Notes: generated by a model from the letters alone, not told the origin. DNA of 64,000 bases from Chloroflexia bacterium (GCA_038228295.1 JBBRPH010000021.1:9954-73953), one strand, 5' to 3'; positions 42,605 to 51,539 are shown, counted from the stretch's first letter. Made by a program: numbers and translations.

Positions 42605-43282
42605 ATGACAGAGACCATTGCGCCGCGCCCGCCCCGCTTGTTGCTGGGCGGCTTCGCGGGCTTCGGCGAGTTTCCGGTCAATCCCTCGTGGGAATTGGCC
42701 CGTGTGCTGGGCGGCAGCACCATCGAAATGTTTAATGTCGAGGCCGTGCAAATCCCAGTGGATTGGGCGGCCGCTTGGCCGACGTTGCAGGCGGCTATCG
42801 AGCAAGTGGAGCCGACGTGGGTACTGCTGCTGGGTGTGGCGGGCACGCGCACCGCCGTTTGCGGCGAAACACGGGCGCGGAATTACACTACGCCGCTACG
42901 CGACAACGCGGGCGCGTTGCCGCCGGCTAACGATTTGATTGACCCCGCCGGTCCGCCTTACCGCAATTGCACTCTGCCGGCCCAACTGTTGGTGGAGCGG
43001 ATGCAAGAGCGCGGCCTCCCGGCGGAAGTGTCGAGCGATGCGGGTAGCTTCCTGTGCAACTGGACGCTGTATCATGCGCTGGCCTATGCCGACGGCCGGC
43101 CCGGCCTGCGCGGGGTCGGCTTCATCCACGTCCCACCCCTGGCCGTAGCGGGCACAGATGGGCTGACGTTTGACCGAATGCTGGCGGGCCTACGCTTCGC
43201 CATAGACACACTGCTCGCCGGGCAAGCGCCGTTATTTGAGGTCGTGGAAGCGGCGATCCAGGCAGAACGGCGGCAGCCATGA
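42605..43282 (+). CDS. pcp: Pyroglutamyl-peptidase I (peptidase C15)
   Basis: GF.GFGEFPVNPSWE is present. Catalytic residue contexts are GETRARN (Glu), AGSFLCNWTLY (Cys) and GFIHVPP (His). Confidence 0.85.
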   Translation: MTETIAPRPPRLLLGGFAGFGEFPVNPSWELARVLGGSTIEMFNVEAVQIPVDWAAAWPTLQAAIEQVEPTWVLLLGVAGTRTAVCGETRARNYTTPLRDNAGALPPANDLIDPAGPPYRNCTLPAQLLVERMQERGLPAEVSSDAGSFLCNWTLYHALAYADGRPGLRGVGFIHVPPLAVAGTDGLTFDRMLAGLRFAIDTLLAGQAPLFEVVEAAIQAERRQP

Positions 43283-44289
43283 CGCTAGAGGTTACGGATG
43301 CTGCCGCCCTAACCCCCCAACCCCCTTCCCTCGGAGGGAAGGGGGAGTCGGCGGAGGATAGTGTTCTCCCCTCCCTGCGTAGGGGAGAGGGCGGGCCGCT
43401 GCTGGGCGCGCATATGTCTATCGCCGGGGGCTGCTATAAGGCGCTACTGCGCGGGCGGGCGGCGGGCTGCGACGCGGTGCAACTGTTCAGCAAGAATGCC
43501 AGCCAGTGGAAGGCCAAACCCCTCAGCGCCGAAGACATCGCGCTGTTCGCGCAGACGCGGGCTGAGACCGGCTACGATCCCGGCGTGCTGATCGTGCATG
43601 ATAGCTACCTGATCAACTTGGCGACTCCCGACGACGTGCTGTGGGATAAGTCGCTGGCAGCGTTCGGCGAAGAGCTGGACCGTTGCGCGCTGCTGGGTAT
43701 TCCGCATCTGGTGACGCACGCCGGAGCGCACGTTGGGTCGGGCGAAGACGCGGGGCTGGCGCGCATCGCCGCCGGCATTGATCGCGTGCTGGATGCGCGG
43801 CCGCCGGGCGTGTGGGTGCTGCTGGAAACGACGGCGGGGCAAGGCACGGGCCTCTGCTACCGCTTTGAGCAAATCGCCCGTGTGCTGGAGGCGAGCCGTT
43901 TTGCCGACCGCATCGGCATCTGCCTGGACACCTGCCATGTCTTTGCGGCGGGCTACGATGTGGCCGCCGTCGAGGGCTACGAGGCCATGATCAGCGACTT
44001 CGCTCGCCTGCTGGGGCTGGATCGGCTGAAGGCGCTGCACCTCAACGACTCGAAAAAGGGGCTGGGCAGTCGAGTGGACCGTCACGACCATATCGGCCAG
44101 GGCGCGCTGGGCCTGGAAGCGTTCCGCCGCCTGCTGAACGACCCGCGCATCGCCGGCCGCCCGATGGTACTGGAAACCGAGAAAGGCGACGATGAGACCT
44201 GGGACGCGATCAACCTAGCGACCCTGCGGAGCCTTATTGGATCGCGTACAGACGGCAGCCCGGAGACCCGCAGACCCGCAGACGGATGA
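43279..44289 (+). CDS. nfo: Endonuclease IV (deoxyribonuclease IV) with a ~40-aa N-terminal extension encoded by hairpin repeats
   Basis: LLGAHMSIAGG, HDSYLINLA, THAGAH, LLETTAGQGT, CLDTCHVFAAGYD and LHLNDSK...GSRVDRHDHIGQG. The only in-frame start is the ATG at 43279, which overlaps the pcp stop (ATGA). Confidence 0.85.
   Translation: MTLEVTDAAALTPQPPSLGGKGESAEDSVLPSLRRGEGGPLLGAHMSIAGGCYKALLRGRAAGCDAVQLFSKNASQWKAKPLSAEDIALFAQTRAETGYDPGVLIVHDSYLINLATPDDVLWDKSLAAFGEELDRCALLGIPHLVTHAGAHVGSGEDAGLARIAAGIDRVLDARPPGVWVLLETTAGQGTGLCYRFEQIARVLEASRFADRIGICLDTCHVFAAGYDVAAVEGYEAMISDFARLLGLDRLKALHLNDSKKGLGSRVDRHDHIGQGALGLEAFRRLLNDPRIAGRPMVLETEKGDDETWDAINLATLRSLIGSRTDGSPETRRPADG
43321..43388. repeat. Pair of C-tract/G-tract hairpins in the nfo 5' end
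   Basis: CCCCCTTCCCT-CGG-AGGGAAGGGGG is an 11-bp stem (43321-43345). TCTCCCCT-N8-AGGGGAGA is an 8-bp stem (43365-43388). Translated as PPSLGGKGES and LPSLRRGEGG. Confidence 0.8.
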
Positions 44290-45058
44290 GAGTTTATGGG
44301 TACGGGGTGCGGCTACAAGACAGACCGTTAAAAATACAAAACCTCTCGCGTCCTCCGGGTCTCCGGGTCTCCGGGCTGCCGCCGGCCGAGGTCCAGCGCT
44401 GACCGACCGTGACCGCATCGCGCAGGTGCTGGCGCTGAACACAGCGATCCGCGCCTGCCGCCGCTGCCATGCCGCCGGGTTTCTGAACGCACGCGAGTCG
44501 CTGCCGCTGGTGCGTGACCCGCGCCCCGGTGACGGGCTGCCGCCGATTCTGTTGGTGGGCCAGTCGCCTGGCCTGCGCGCCACACGCGAGTCGGTGCCCT
44601 TCGCCGGGCAGAGCGGCGCCAAGCTGCGCGCCTGGTTCGCGCTGGCCGGCTTGAGCGAGGCCGATTACTGGCGATTGCTCTATTTCAGCGCCGTGACCAA
44701 GTGCTATCCCGGCCGCCTATCCGGCGCGAAAGGCGACCGTCTGCCCACGCCGACCGAGCAAGCCCTCTGCCGCCCCTGGTTGGACGCGCAACTGACCGTC
44801 CTCGACCCCCCCATCGTCGTACTCGTCGGCACGCTCGCCATCAGCACCTTGCTCGGCAAAGGCCCGCTAACGGAGTTTGTCGGCCTGGGCTTCCTGCGCG
44901 ACGGACGGCGACTGCTGCCGCTACCCCATCCCAGCGGGGTCAGCACCTGGCTGAACAACCCGGCCCACCAAGCCCGCGTCGGGGCGGCAATGGGCGTGTT
45001 GGCGGCCTGGCTGGCAGAGTTGGGGATTGCGGTGGCGGGCGGGCAGCGTGAGGCGTGA
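44237..45058 (+). CDS. Uracil-DNA glycosylase superfamily protein (family 4/UdgX-like motifs)
   Basis: LLVGQSPG....E..VPFAGQSGAKL (motif A-like) and LPHPSGVSTWLN (motif B-like). The real start is probably internal (CTG 44399 or GTG 44426), because the ORF 5' end overlaps nfo and an inverted repeat. Confidence 0.65.
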   Translation: MDRVQTAARRPADPQTDESLWVRGAATRQTVKNTKPLASSGSPGLRAAAGRGPALTDRDRIAQVLALNTAIRACRRCHAAGFLNARESLPLVRDPRPGDGLPPILLVGQSPGLRATRESVPFAGQSGAKLRAWFALAGLSEADYWRLLYFSAVTKCYPGRLSGAKGDRLPTPTEQALCRPWLDAQLTVLDPPIVVLVGTLAISTLLGKGPLTEFVGLGFLRDGRRLLPLPHPSGVSTWLNNPAHQARVGAAMGVLAAWLAELGIAVAGGQREA

Positions 45059-45081
45059 GGCGTGCAACGTGCAACGTGATT
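45047..45081 (+). repeat. Heptad tract (CGTGAGG x2, CGTGCAA x2, CGTGATT) spanning the UDG stop codon
   Basis: Strict 7-nt periodicity read directly from the sequence. Confidence 0.8.
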
Positions 45082-45480
45082 ACGAGTCAGGCGGCGCACC
45101 CAGCCGGGGAGAGGGTTGAGGAGTGGGGCGACTCAAGTGGGGCGACTCAAGTCGCGGCTACAGCTACGAAGCCTGCCTTCGCAGGCTGCGACGGGGGTGG
45201 GTGTGTGCGTCGGTGACGAAGTGGCCGAGTTGCCGTTCATAGTCTACCGACATTAGCAGTGTAGCTGGGGTATAGTCTGAGCCACAGCACCTTGCATTCG
45301 TGTATTCGTGGCCCCATTCGTGGCTGGTCAGTCCCCAGCCTGGCTCGCCGCCCCACGCAAGACAAGCCACCGCGCTAACCCCGCAGATCTCAGTAGGACC
45401 AGGGTCGCCGGGCGGAGCCGCCTCCTACACCCACCCGGCAGATCCCTAGTGGAACCGGGCGGAGCCGCCTCCCACCAACG

Positions 45481-45548
45481 GGTAGCGGGTGCCGCAGGGA
45501 CGGATTGCCGTCCCACTACACCCGCTACCTTACGTTTCACGTTTTACG
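45481..45548 (-). terminator. Nested stem-loop plus heptad tract immediately downstream of the alpha-2-macroglobulin gene
   Basis: GGTAGCGGGTG...CACCCGCTACC (45481-45529) encloses GGGACGG-ATTG-CCGTCCC. The adjacent minus-strand heptads CGTAAAA CGTGAAA CGTAAGG lie at 45548-45528. There is no U-tract, so terminator function is uncertain. Confidence 0.4.
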
Positions 45549-45551
45549 GTC

Positions 45552-47366
45552 CTACTTCACCGTGAGCGTCGTGCTGTCGCTGCGGCCCCAGACATCGGGC
45601 AGATAAGTCAGGCGCGCTTCGGCGGGCAGGCCGGTGTAGGTGCCCGGTGTCGTGGCGCGGGCCAGGTAGCGGTACTCGTAGACCCCGGCGGGCAGATAGG
45701 CGGCGGAGAGCACGGTCTGGTCGTCGCGCATCTGCACGTCGTCGAAGAAGGCGCCGGCCGGGGTGACCGTGCCTTTGTCGCCTTCGCCGTTGCCCTGGCC
45801 GGGCGGGGGGGTGGGCAGGGCCGGGTGTTCGGTCAGGCCGGTGGTTTTGAGCGTGCCGTTAATCGCTTCCAGGCCGGCGGGCAGGGGATCGGCGGCGGTC
45901 AGGTAGTAGGCATCCTGCGGCGTGATGATCGTCAGGCGCACCTCCACCAAGTCGCCGGCTTTGACCGTGTGCAGCGGCGTGGCGGGAGCGGCACCAGCGG
46001 CCCCCGGCGCGACGTATGTGCGGATGATACTTAAGCCCTCGTTGCGCGCTACAGCGGCCGCCCCCGGTTGGGCATAGCCCAGGTGCAGCGTGTAGTAGAG
46101 CCGCCCACCCGTGCCCTGGCGCGTGATCAGCAGCGTGTTATCTTGGTTGATCAGCAGGTCGCTGATCCCCTTGTGTAGGCTCGTCGCGTCGGTGGGCGGC
46201 TGCGCTTCCGTGCCGGCGGCAGCACTGCCCCAGGCGCTGCCATTGAGCGTGGCCGTCCAACCGCTGCGCCCAGCCAGTTCGCCACTGGCGGTCATGTAGG
46301 CGGCCAGCGTGCCGAGGACGGCGGCGGTCTCCTGCGTACTCAGCCAATGGCCGGCGCGGCGGTTCTCCATCAACCAGCGCACGCCTTTGGCCGCCAGCGG
46401 ATCGTTGCGGTCGGCTTCCAGCAACGCCTGCACGACCAGCGCGGTGGTGCGGGCATCGGTCTCCATGTCGAGATACGCCGCAGCAGTGCGGTTGGGCGTT
46501 TCTTCCCAATGAACCGTGGTCGTGGTCTGCTTGGCCGCGCCCGCGAGGTGGGTGAGCAGCGCCTTGCCGTCAGCCACGCCCAGGCGGCGGAAGGCCAGCG
46601 CCAGGTAGGCGCGGCCATAGAGTGCCAGGCTCGGCGCACGCACCGCCAGCGCTCGCGCCGGTGCCAGCACTTCGCGCCCGTTTTGCGCCAGTACATAGAT
46701 AGTGTAGGCCCGCGTGTCGAGGCGTGGCCCGGCCCCTTGCGCGTCGCCCGGCGGCGCGGTAAGCCAGTTTTGCAGATAGTCGCCGGCGCTGCCGATGGCC
46801 TTGTCGTCCACCGTATAGCCTGCGGCTTTGGCGGCGGTCAAGCCTTCCAGCGCGTAGGCCGTCAGGTAGGGATCGGGCGGCACCTCGGCGTACCAACCCC
46901 AGCCGCCGTTGTAGTTCTGGTCGCGGTAGAGGCGCACCAGGGCGCGATTGACGATGCCCGGTAACTGATCGGCATAAGGCGTTTTGAGGCCGGCGCTGCT
47001 GTAGGCTTTGGACAAGCGCAGCAACGGCAGGAAACGGCTAACCGTCGCCTCGACGCTATCATAGGTCTCATCTTGCACATAGTCCACCGCCGGGGCCGCC
47101 CCCGCCGCCAGCGACGGCGCGACATCCAGCGTCAGCGCGCCGCGCGCCGGATCTACGCCGTGCGGCAGAAAGACGTGTTCGGTAGCGGTGCCGTTCGGTT
47201 CAATATCGCCGCTGGTCACCACGTCTTCGGTGGTGAGGGCGGGCTTGACCGGCAGGCTGATCTGCACTGCATCGCCAGGCACGTTGCTGCCGTTACAGGC
47301 CACCGCGCCGACGGTGAAGGTGAAGGTCGCGTTGCCCGCGCCGGTAGCGGTGGCCGCCCAGGTCAC
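45552..47366 (-). CDS. Alpha-2-macroglobulin family protein, C-terminal part (thioester-domain region and receptor-binding-like domain) of a gene interrupted by an in-frame TAA
   Basis: Alpha/alpha-toroid-like region (YNGGWGWY, LTAYALEGL, TALVVQALL). The position expected for the CxEQ thioester reads YDSVEATVSRFLP. Same frame as 47373-51539. Confidence 0.75.
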   Translation of the reverse strand: MTWAATATGAGNATFTFTVGAVACNGSNVPGDAVQISLPVKPALTTEDVVTSGDIEPNGTATEHVFLPHGVDPARGALTLDVAPSLAAGAAPAVDYVQDETYDSVEATVSRFLPLLRLSKAYSSAGLKTPYADQLPGIVNRALVRLYRDQNYNGGWGWYAEVPPDPYLTAYALEGLTAAKAAGYTVDDKAIGSAGDYLQNWLTAPPGDAQGAGPRLDTRAYTIYVLAQNGREVLAPARALAVRAPSLALYGRAYLALAFRRLGVADGKALLTHLAGAAKQTTTTVHWEETPNRTAAAYLDMETDARTTALVVQALLEADRNDPLAAKGVRWLMENRRAGHWLSTQETAAVLGTLAAYMTASGELAGRSGWTATLNGSAWGSAAAGTEAQPPTDATSLHKGISDLLINQDNTLLITRQGTGGRLYYTLHLGYAQPGAAAVARNEGLSIIRTYVAPGAAGAAPATPLHTVKAGDLVEVRLTIITPQDAYYLTAADPLPAGLEAINGTLKTTGLTEHPALPTPPPGQGNGEGDKGTVTPAGAFFDDVQMRDDQTVLSAAYLPAGVYEYRYLARATTPGTYTGLPAEARLTYLPDVWGRSDSTTLTVK

Positions 47367-47372
47367 CAGCGT

Positions 47373-50300
47373 TTACGCGCCCAGCTTGATGTGTTGCTTT
47401 GCGGCCGGGCCGTCGCCAAGCAGGGTGGTGTTCGAGACGGACAGCGTCACGTCTACCTCAGCGTTGCAGCCGCTGCGGTTTTCGAGGATCACGCCCGGCT
47501 CCACGCGATCGCCGCCCACCAGGAAGCGCGGCAGGCGCGGCCGCAACAGGATCGGCTTGCTCGCGACCACTTCGTTGGTAGCTTGGCCCACGCGCGTATC
47601 GGTGGTCACGGCCAGCGCGGTCATGCGCCAGGTGGTCAGGTTGTCGGGTAGCGGCACGGCAACCGAGGCGCTACCGTCCGCGCCGGTCGTCACCTGACCG
47701 CGCCAGTAGGCGGTGTCGCTGAACTGGCTGCGGATGCCGTTGCCGGCGGTCGCCCCGCCGCCGCCGCCTTTGCCGCCGGTGGTGCGCGCCGCTGCGACCT
47801 GATCGGCCAGATAGAGCAGGCTGCTAGCGGTGGTGAACTCCAACTGGCGCACGCCGTAGAAACTGTCCATCAGGGTCGGCGTGCGGTCGTCGGCCAGCGC
47901 AAAAATCGCCTTATCCACCAGGGCCAGCGAGAGTTCGGCGGCGGCCGGCTTACCCGCTGCGTCGCGCACGGTCAGGGTATAGGTCACAGTGTCGCGTGGG
48001 TGCAGGTCGGTGCTGCTCGGCTGGATCGTCACGCTGAGGGCTTTGCTATCGGAAGCCACCGGCAACGCCAGATAGCCCTGGCGGAAGCCGGGCATGGTGT
48101 TGCCGCTCGGCGGCGCGATCATGCTTAAGCTAATGTAAACGTTGGGCAGGTAGCTTTCATCAATCGGCAGGTCGATCACCGGCGAGGGACCGCTCAGGCT
48201 AACGATGCGGTGCGTGCGGATGGTGCCGCGCTCAACCGTTAGCAGGCCGGTCGCCTGGTGGAACGGCGAGGTGACGAGGAGGTGCGCCGTGTCGCCGGGC
48301 TTGTAACTGGGCTTATCGGCCACCAGAGTGACCACGTTGTTGTTTTTCTGCTGCCAGGCAATCGGCGCGCCGTCGGCGGCGGTGCTGACGTAGGTGTAGG
48401 TCGCCGACTCGATGCCGTTACCCAGCGCGTCTTTGCCGGCGGCCACGATGCGGTACTCGCCCGCCGTGTTGGGGGTGAAGCGCGTTTCGGCGTGGCCCTG
48501 GCCGTCGGTGGTTGCCTGCCCGTCGGCGAGCAGCGTGTCTTTCGGCTTCCAGGTGGGGCGATCCAAGCCGGTTTCGTCTTTCTCGGTGGTCTGCTCCCAG
48601 GCGCGGTGGTAGAACTTGAGGCTCACCGCGACATTAGGGGCGCGCTTGCCGTCCGCACCGACGGTCTGGATGGCGACGCTAACCGGGCTGCCGACCGTGC
48701 CTAAATAGCTGACTGGGCGCAGGCCGATGTAGAACTGGCCTTTGTGGACTACCACCTGCGTGTTGTTGCTGACCTGTTGGTTGGAGCTGTCCTGCACCGA
48801 GGCTTCGATGGTCTCCAACTGGCTCATCGGCGCTTTGCTCACATCGGCAGGCAGAGTGACGGTGACTTTACCGGCGGCATCAGTCAGGCCGGCGGTCTCG
48901 CTACGCTTCTCACCCTGGAAGCTATCTTGCCGAACAGCTATGGGAGCCGGATCTTGGAAGTCGTAACCGGAACCGTCGGGATCGTCCCAGCGGAAGAAGT
49001 AGTCTTCAGTCAGCACGCGCAGCGTGGCCGGCGCGCCGACCACCGGCCCGCCGAACAGGTAGCCCGCTGCCGCCGTCGCCTGGATCTGCTCCCCGTTGAC
49101 ATAGCTCTTTTTGTCGCTAGTCACACTGACGATATACTCCGGCTTGCGGTATTCCTGCACATCGAACGATGCGCCGGCCGCGCCGCCGATCTTGTCGCAT
49201 TGGCAGTTGAGGTAGTAGGTGCCGAGCGGCGCGTAGTCAGGCAGCGCATATTGACCACTAAAGGTGCCGAACGGCGACAGGGTGAGCGTGGCGCTGTAAA
49301 TGGCGCGCCCGCTGCTGTCTTGCACGCTGATGTCGGCCCCGCCGCCCGGTAGGCTGTAGTGCCCGTCTTCGTCTTTGCGAAGAATGCCCTTGAAGTAGAC
49401 CGTCTGGCCGGGGCGATAGATGGCGCGGTCGGTGTAGATCGCTTGGCCGTTGTTATATTTGCGGTCCTTGAAATTGAGATTGAAGTTCCAAGGACCGATG
49501 CTATCGTTCCACCACGATGCGACCAGGGCCGCATCCTTGCCGTCGTTCAACACGGCAATCGGGGAGCCGTTGTATTTGCTCAGGTCGGCTTTGACGCTGC
49601 CCAAGCCGTCGGCATCGGTGGTCAGCGTGCCCAGTGCTTCGGTGCCCGCCAGCACGCGCACCTGCCGCCCGGCCTGCGGCTTGCCGTTGCTCATGTCCAC
49701 CGCCCAGACCCAGATTTGCCCCGGCCCCTGCTTCATGATCAGGCCGGTATTGCCGACCAGTAGCGCGGTGCCGTTGATCGTGCCGGGGCTATTTGCCGTC
49801 TGCGGCGTGGAGACGCGCAGGTAGTAGAAGCCCGGCGGCAGGCGGTCGGCCTTATCGTCGAGCGCGACGGTCGGTTGCAGGCTAAACTGCTGGTCTAACT
49901 GATACGTCACCGGGATGTCCCAGGTGCGGGCGACGACTGTCTTAGGGCCGTATACGGCGCGCTGATCGGGGGTGAGGGTCAGATAGTTCGCCAGTTCATC
50001 GCCGCTCAAGCGCCAAAGCCGCATCCGCAGGAAGCCGTCCACATTGATGCCACCGACAAAGACGTGCGTGGGTAGCCCGGCGTAATAGCTCACCAGGCCG
50101 TCGTTGCTAAGGGCGCGGGCATCGGGTTTGCTACGCGCGGTGCGGAGGTGCCACACATAGGCCGGCACCGGTCGCCCGTCACGACCCCGGTAGCTGTCGC
50201 CCGCGCCGACGGTGAGCGTGTATTGCGTAGACGGAGCCAACGGTGCAAAGATGTTGAGCGTCACGCCGTTATCGTAGGTGTAGACGTTCAACCCTTTAAC

Positions 50301-51539
50301 CGCCGGTTCCACCCGCAGCCCAGCCGTCAGTTCGGCAGCGGTGTTGCTGATCGGCGCGCTGTAGGTGAGGATCAGTTCGTTGCCCACCGGAACGTTCGTG
50401 CTGCCGTCCGCAGGTTTGACATCGGCCACCTGCGGGCGCGGGCTAGTGCGAAACGTCCAGCGGTACTCTTTCTCCTGCACCTGATCGCCGGTCAGCGGCT
50501 TGACCCCCGCTACCACGCCCGTTACTGCGGTGTTGTCGGGCCACGGCGCGCTCAGGGTGTAGGTTAGCACCGTGCTGTCCGCCGACCAGAGGAAACTGCC
50601 CGCCGCGCTCGGCGTAAGCCTGAATCCGGCTTCGGCACTCGCGTGATCCACGGGGCTGTTAAACTGCACCACCAGCGGGTCGCGCACCCCAACGAACTTG
50701 GTGTCGGCCTCCGGCTGCGTGCCGCCCACCGCCGGGCGCACCGTGGTGAAGCCGAAACTATAGTCTTTGTCGAGCGTGCCGCCCGCGTAGTCAGTCAGGC
50801 TGTGGTCCACGCTGACGGTGTAGCCGGTGGCCGCGCGCAACGCCGCGCCACGATAGGCCAGCGTGGTGCTGCCCAGCCACTGCCACTTGCCGCCCGCGTC
50901 GGGTTGCAGCCGCACCGCGCCGCCCGGATCTTTGGCGCTGTCCAGCGCGGCCAGGGCGATCATTGGCCGGCTGAATTGCAGCGTGACCAGCGTCGTAGTC
51001 GGCACGTCACGCGCGTCGGCGGGCGGCACGCTACGATAGAGGCTAGGCAGGCCCGCCGTCTTAAATTGCGTCGTGGCGGCGGTGCCCACCTTTTGGAACA
51101 GCGGGTTGCCGGCTTCCGGCCCGACCTGCACGGTGTAGGTGATGCCGCGCTGATAGCCGGCCAGCGGGTGGAAGACGAGCGTGTTGCCCTCCCACGCAAA
51201 ACTGCCGGACACCGGCGGATCGATCTTCAGTGCGGCCTTGACGCTGTCGGGGTTCATCGGCTGGTTAAAAGCGACACTGATCGGCGTATCGCCGCCCACG
51301 TTGCGGCTGCCCGGCGGCGGCGAGATGCCCAGCACCTGCGGTGCATCGGTACGCCAGCCGGCCTGCCCCGCCCACGCCGCGCCGCCCGCGCCGGCCAGCA
51401 CGACCAGCCCCAGCAAGCCGCCGATAATGGGTAAGACCAGCCGTCGTCGTTTGGGCGGTGGCGAGACGGGCGGTGCAGCCGCAGCAGGGCCAGGGGCGGT
51501 GTTATCAGCGTCATTGGCAGGGGCAAGGGGCGGGTTCAT
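47373..51539 (-). CDS. Alpha-2-macroglobulin family protein, N-terminal part (TM/signal anchor, SbsA-type Ig-like repeats, macroglobulin domains)
   Basis: N-terminal anchor LVLPIIGGLLGLVVLAGAGG. Repeated Ig-like modules, then a series of MG-type beta-sandwich domains. It ends KQHIKLGA-TAA, followed in frame by TLVTWAATATGAGNATFTF. Confidence 0.75.
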   Translation of the reverse strand: MNPPLAPANDADNTAPGPAAAAPPVSPPPKRRRLVLPIIGGLLGLVVLAGAGGAAWAGQAGWRTDAPQVLGISPPPGSRNVGGDTPISVAFNQPMNPDSVKAALKIDPPVSGSFAWEGNTLVFHPLAGYQRGITYTVQVGPEAGNPLFQKVGTAATTQFKTAGLPSLYRSVPPADARDVPTTTLVTLQFSRPMIALAALDSAKDPGGAVRLQPDAGGKWQWLGSTTLAYRGAALRAATGYTVSVDHSLTDYAGGTLDKDYSFGFTTVRPAVGGTQPEADTKFVGVRDPLVVQFNSPVDHASAEAGFRLTPSAAGSFLWSADSTVLTYTLSAPWPDNTAVTGVVAGVKPLTGDQVQEKEYRWTFRTSPRPQVADVKPADGSTNVPVGNELILTYSAPISNTAAELTAGLRVEPAVKGLNVYTYDNGVTLNIFAPLAPSTQYTLTVGAGDSYRGRDGRPVPAYVWHLRTARSKPDARALSNDGLVSYYAGLPTHVFVGGINVDGFLRMRLWRLSGDELANYLTLTPDQRAVYGPKTVVARTWDIPVTYQLDQQFSLQPTVALDDKADRLPPGFYYLRVSTPQTANSPGTINGTALLVGNTGLIMKQGPGQIWVWAVDMSNGKPQAGRQVRVLAGTEALGTLTTDADGLGSVKADLSKYNGSPIAVLNDGKDAALVASWWNDSIGPWNFNLNFKDRKYNNGQAIYTDRAIYRPGQTVYFKGILRKDEDGHYSLPGGGADISVQDSSGRAIYSATLTLSPFGTFSGQYALPDYAPLGTYYLNCQCDKIGGAAGASFDVQEYRKPEYIVSVTSDKKSYVNGEQIQATAAAGYLFGGPVVGAPATLRVLTEDYFFRWDDPDGSGYDFQDPAPIAVRQDSFQGEKRSETAGLTDAAGKVTVTLPADVSKAPMSQLETIEASVQDSSNQQVSNNTQVVVHKGQFYIGLRPVSYLGTVGSPVSVAIQTVGADGKRAPNVAVSLKFYHRAWEQTTEKDETGLDRPTWKPKDTLLADGQATTDGQGHAETRFTPNTAGEYRIVAAGKDALGNGIESATYTYVSTAADGAPIAWQQKNNNVVTLVADKPSYKPGDTAHLLVTSPFHQATGLLTVERGTIRTHRIVSLSGPSPVIDLPIDESYLPNVYISLSMIAPPSGNTMPGFRQGYLALPVASDSKALSVTIQPSSTDLHPRDTVTYTLTVRDAAGKPAAAELSLALVDKAIFALADDRTPTLMDSFYGVRQLEFTTASSLLYLADQVAAARTTGGKGGGGGATAGNGIRSQFSDTAYWRGQVTTGADGSASVAVPLPDNLTTWRMTALAVTTDTRVGQATNEVVASKPILLRPRLPRFLVGGDRVEPGVILENRSGCNAEVDVTLSVSNTTLLGDGPAAKQHIKLGA

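Noticed and set aside
45164-45370. A 68-aa ORF (minus strand) and overlapping ORFs 45308-45565 and 45328-45540 in the UDG/A2M intergenic region.
   Set aside because: They are composed of the repeat units and hairpins described in the findings. They have no start context and no protein-like composition.
45395-45478. GGGTCGCCGGGCGGAGCCGCCTCC resembles fragments of the ZTP (pfl) riboswitch consensus (GGGUCG...CCGGGCG...CCGCCUGGG). A CCGCCTGGGAC string also appears in the hairpin at 27408-27433.
   Set aside because: The pieces are too short, in the wrong order and spacing, and lack the P1/P2 pseudoknot partners. The first is not upstream of any purine or folate gene. The second is the loop of the hairpin closing the protease gene. 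Only an Infernal scan could overturn this.
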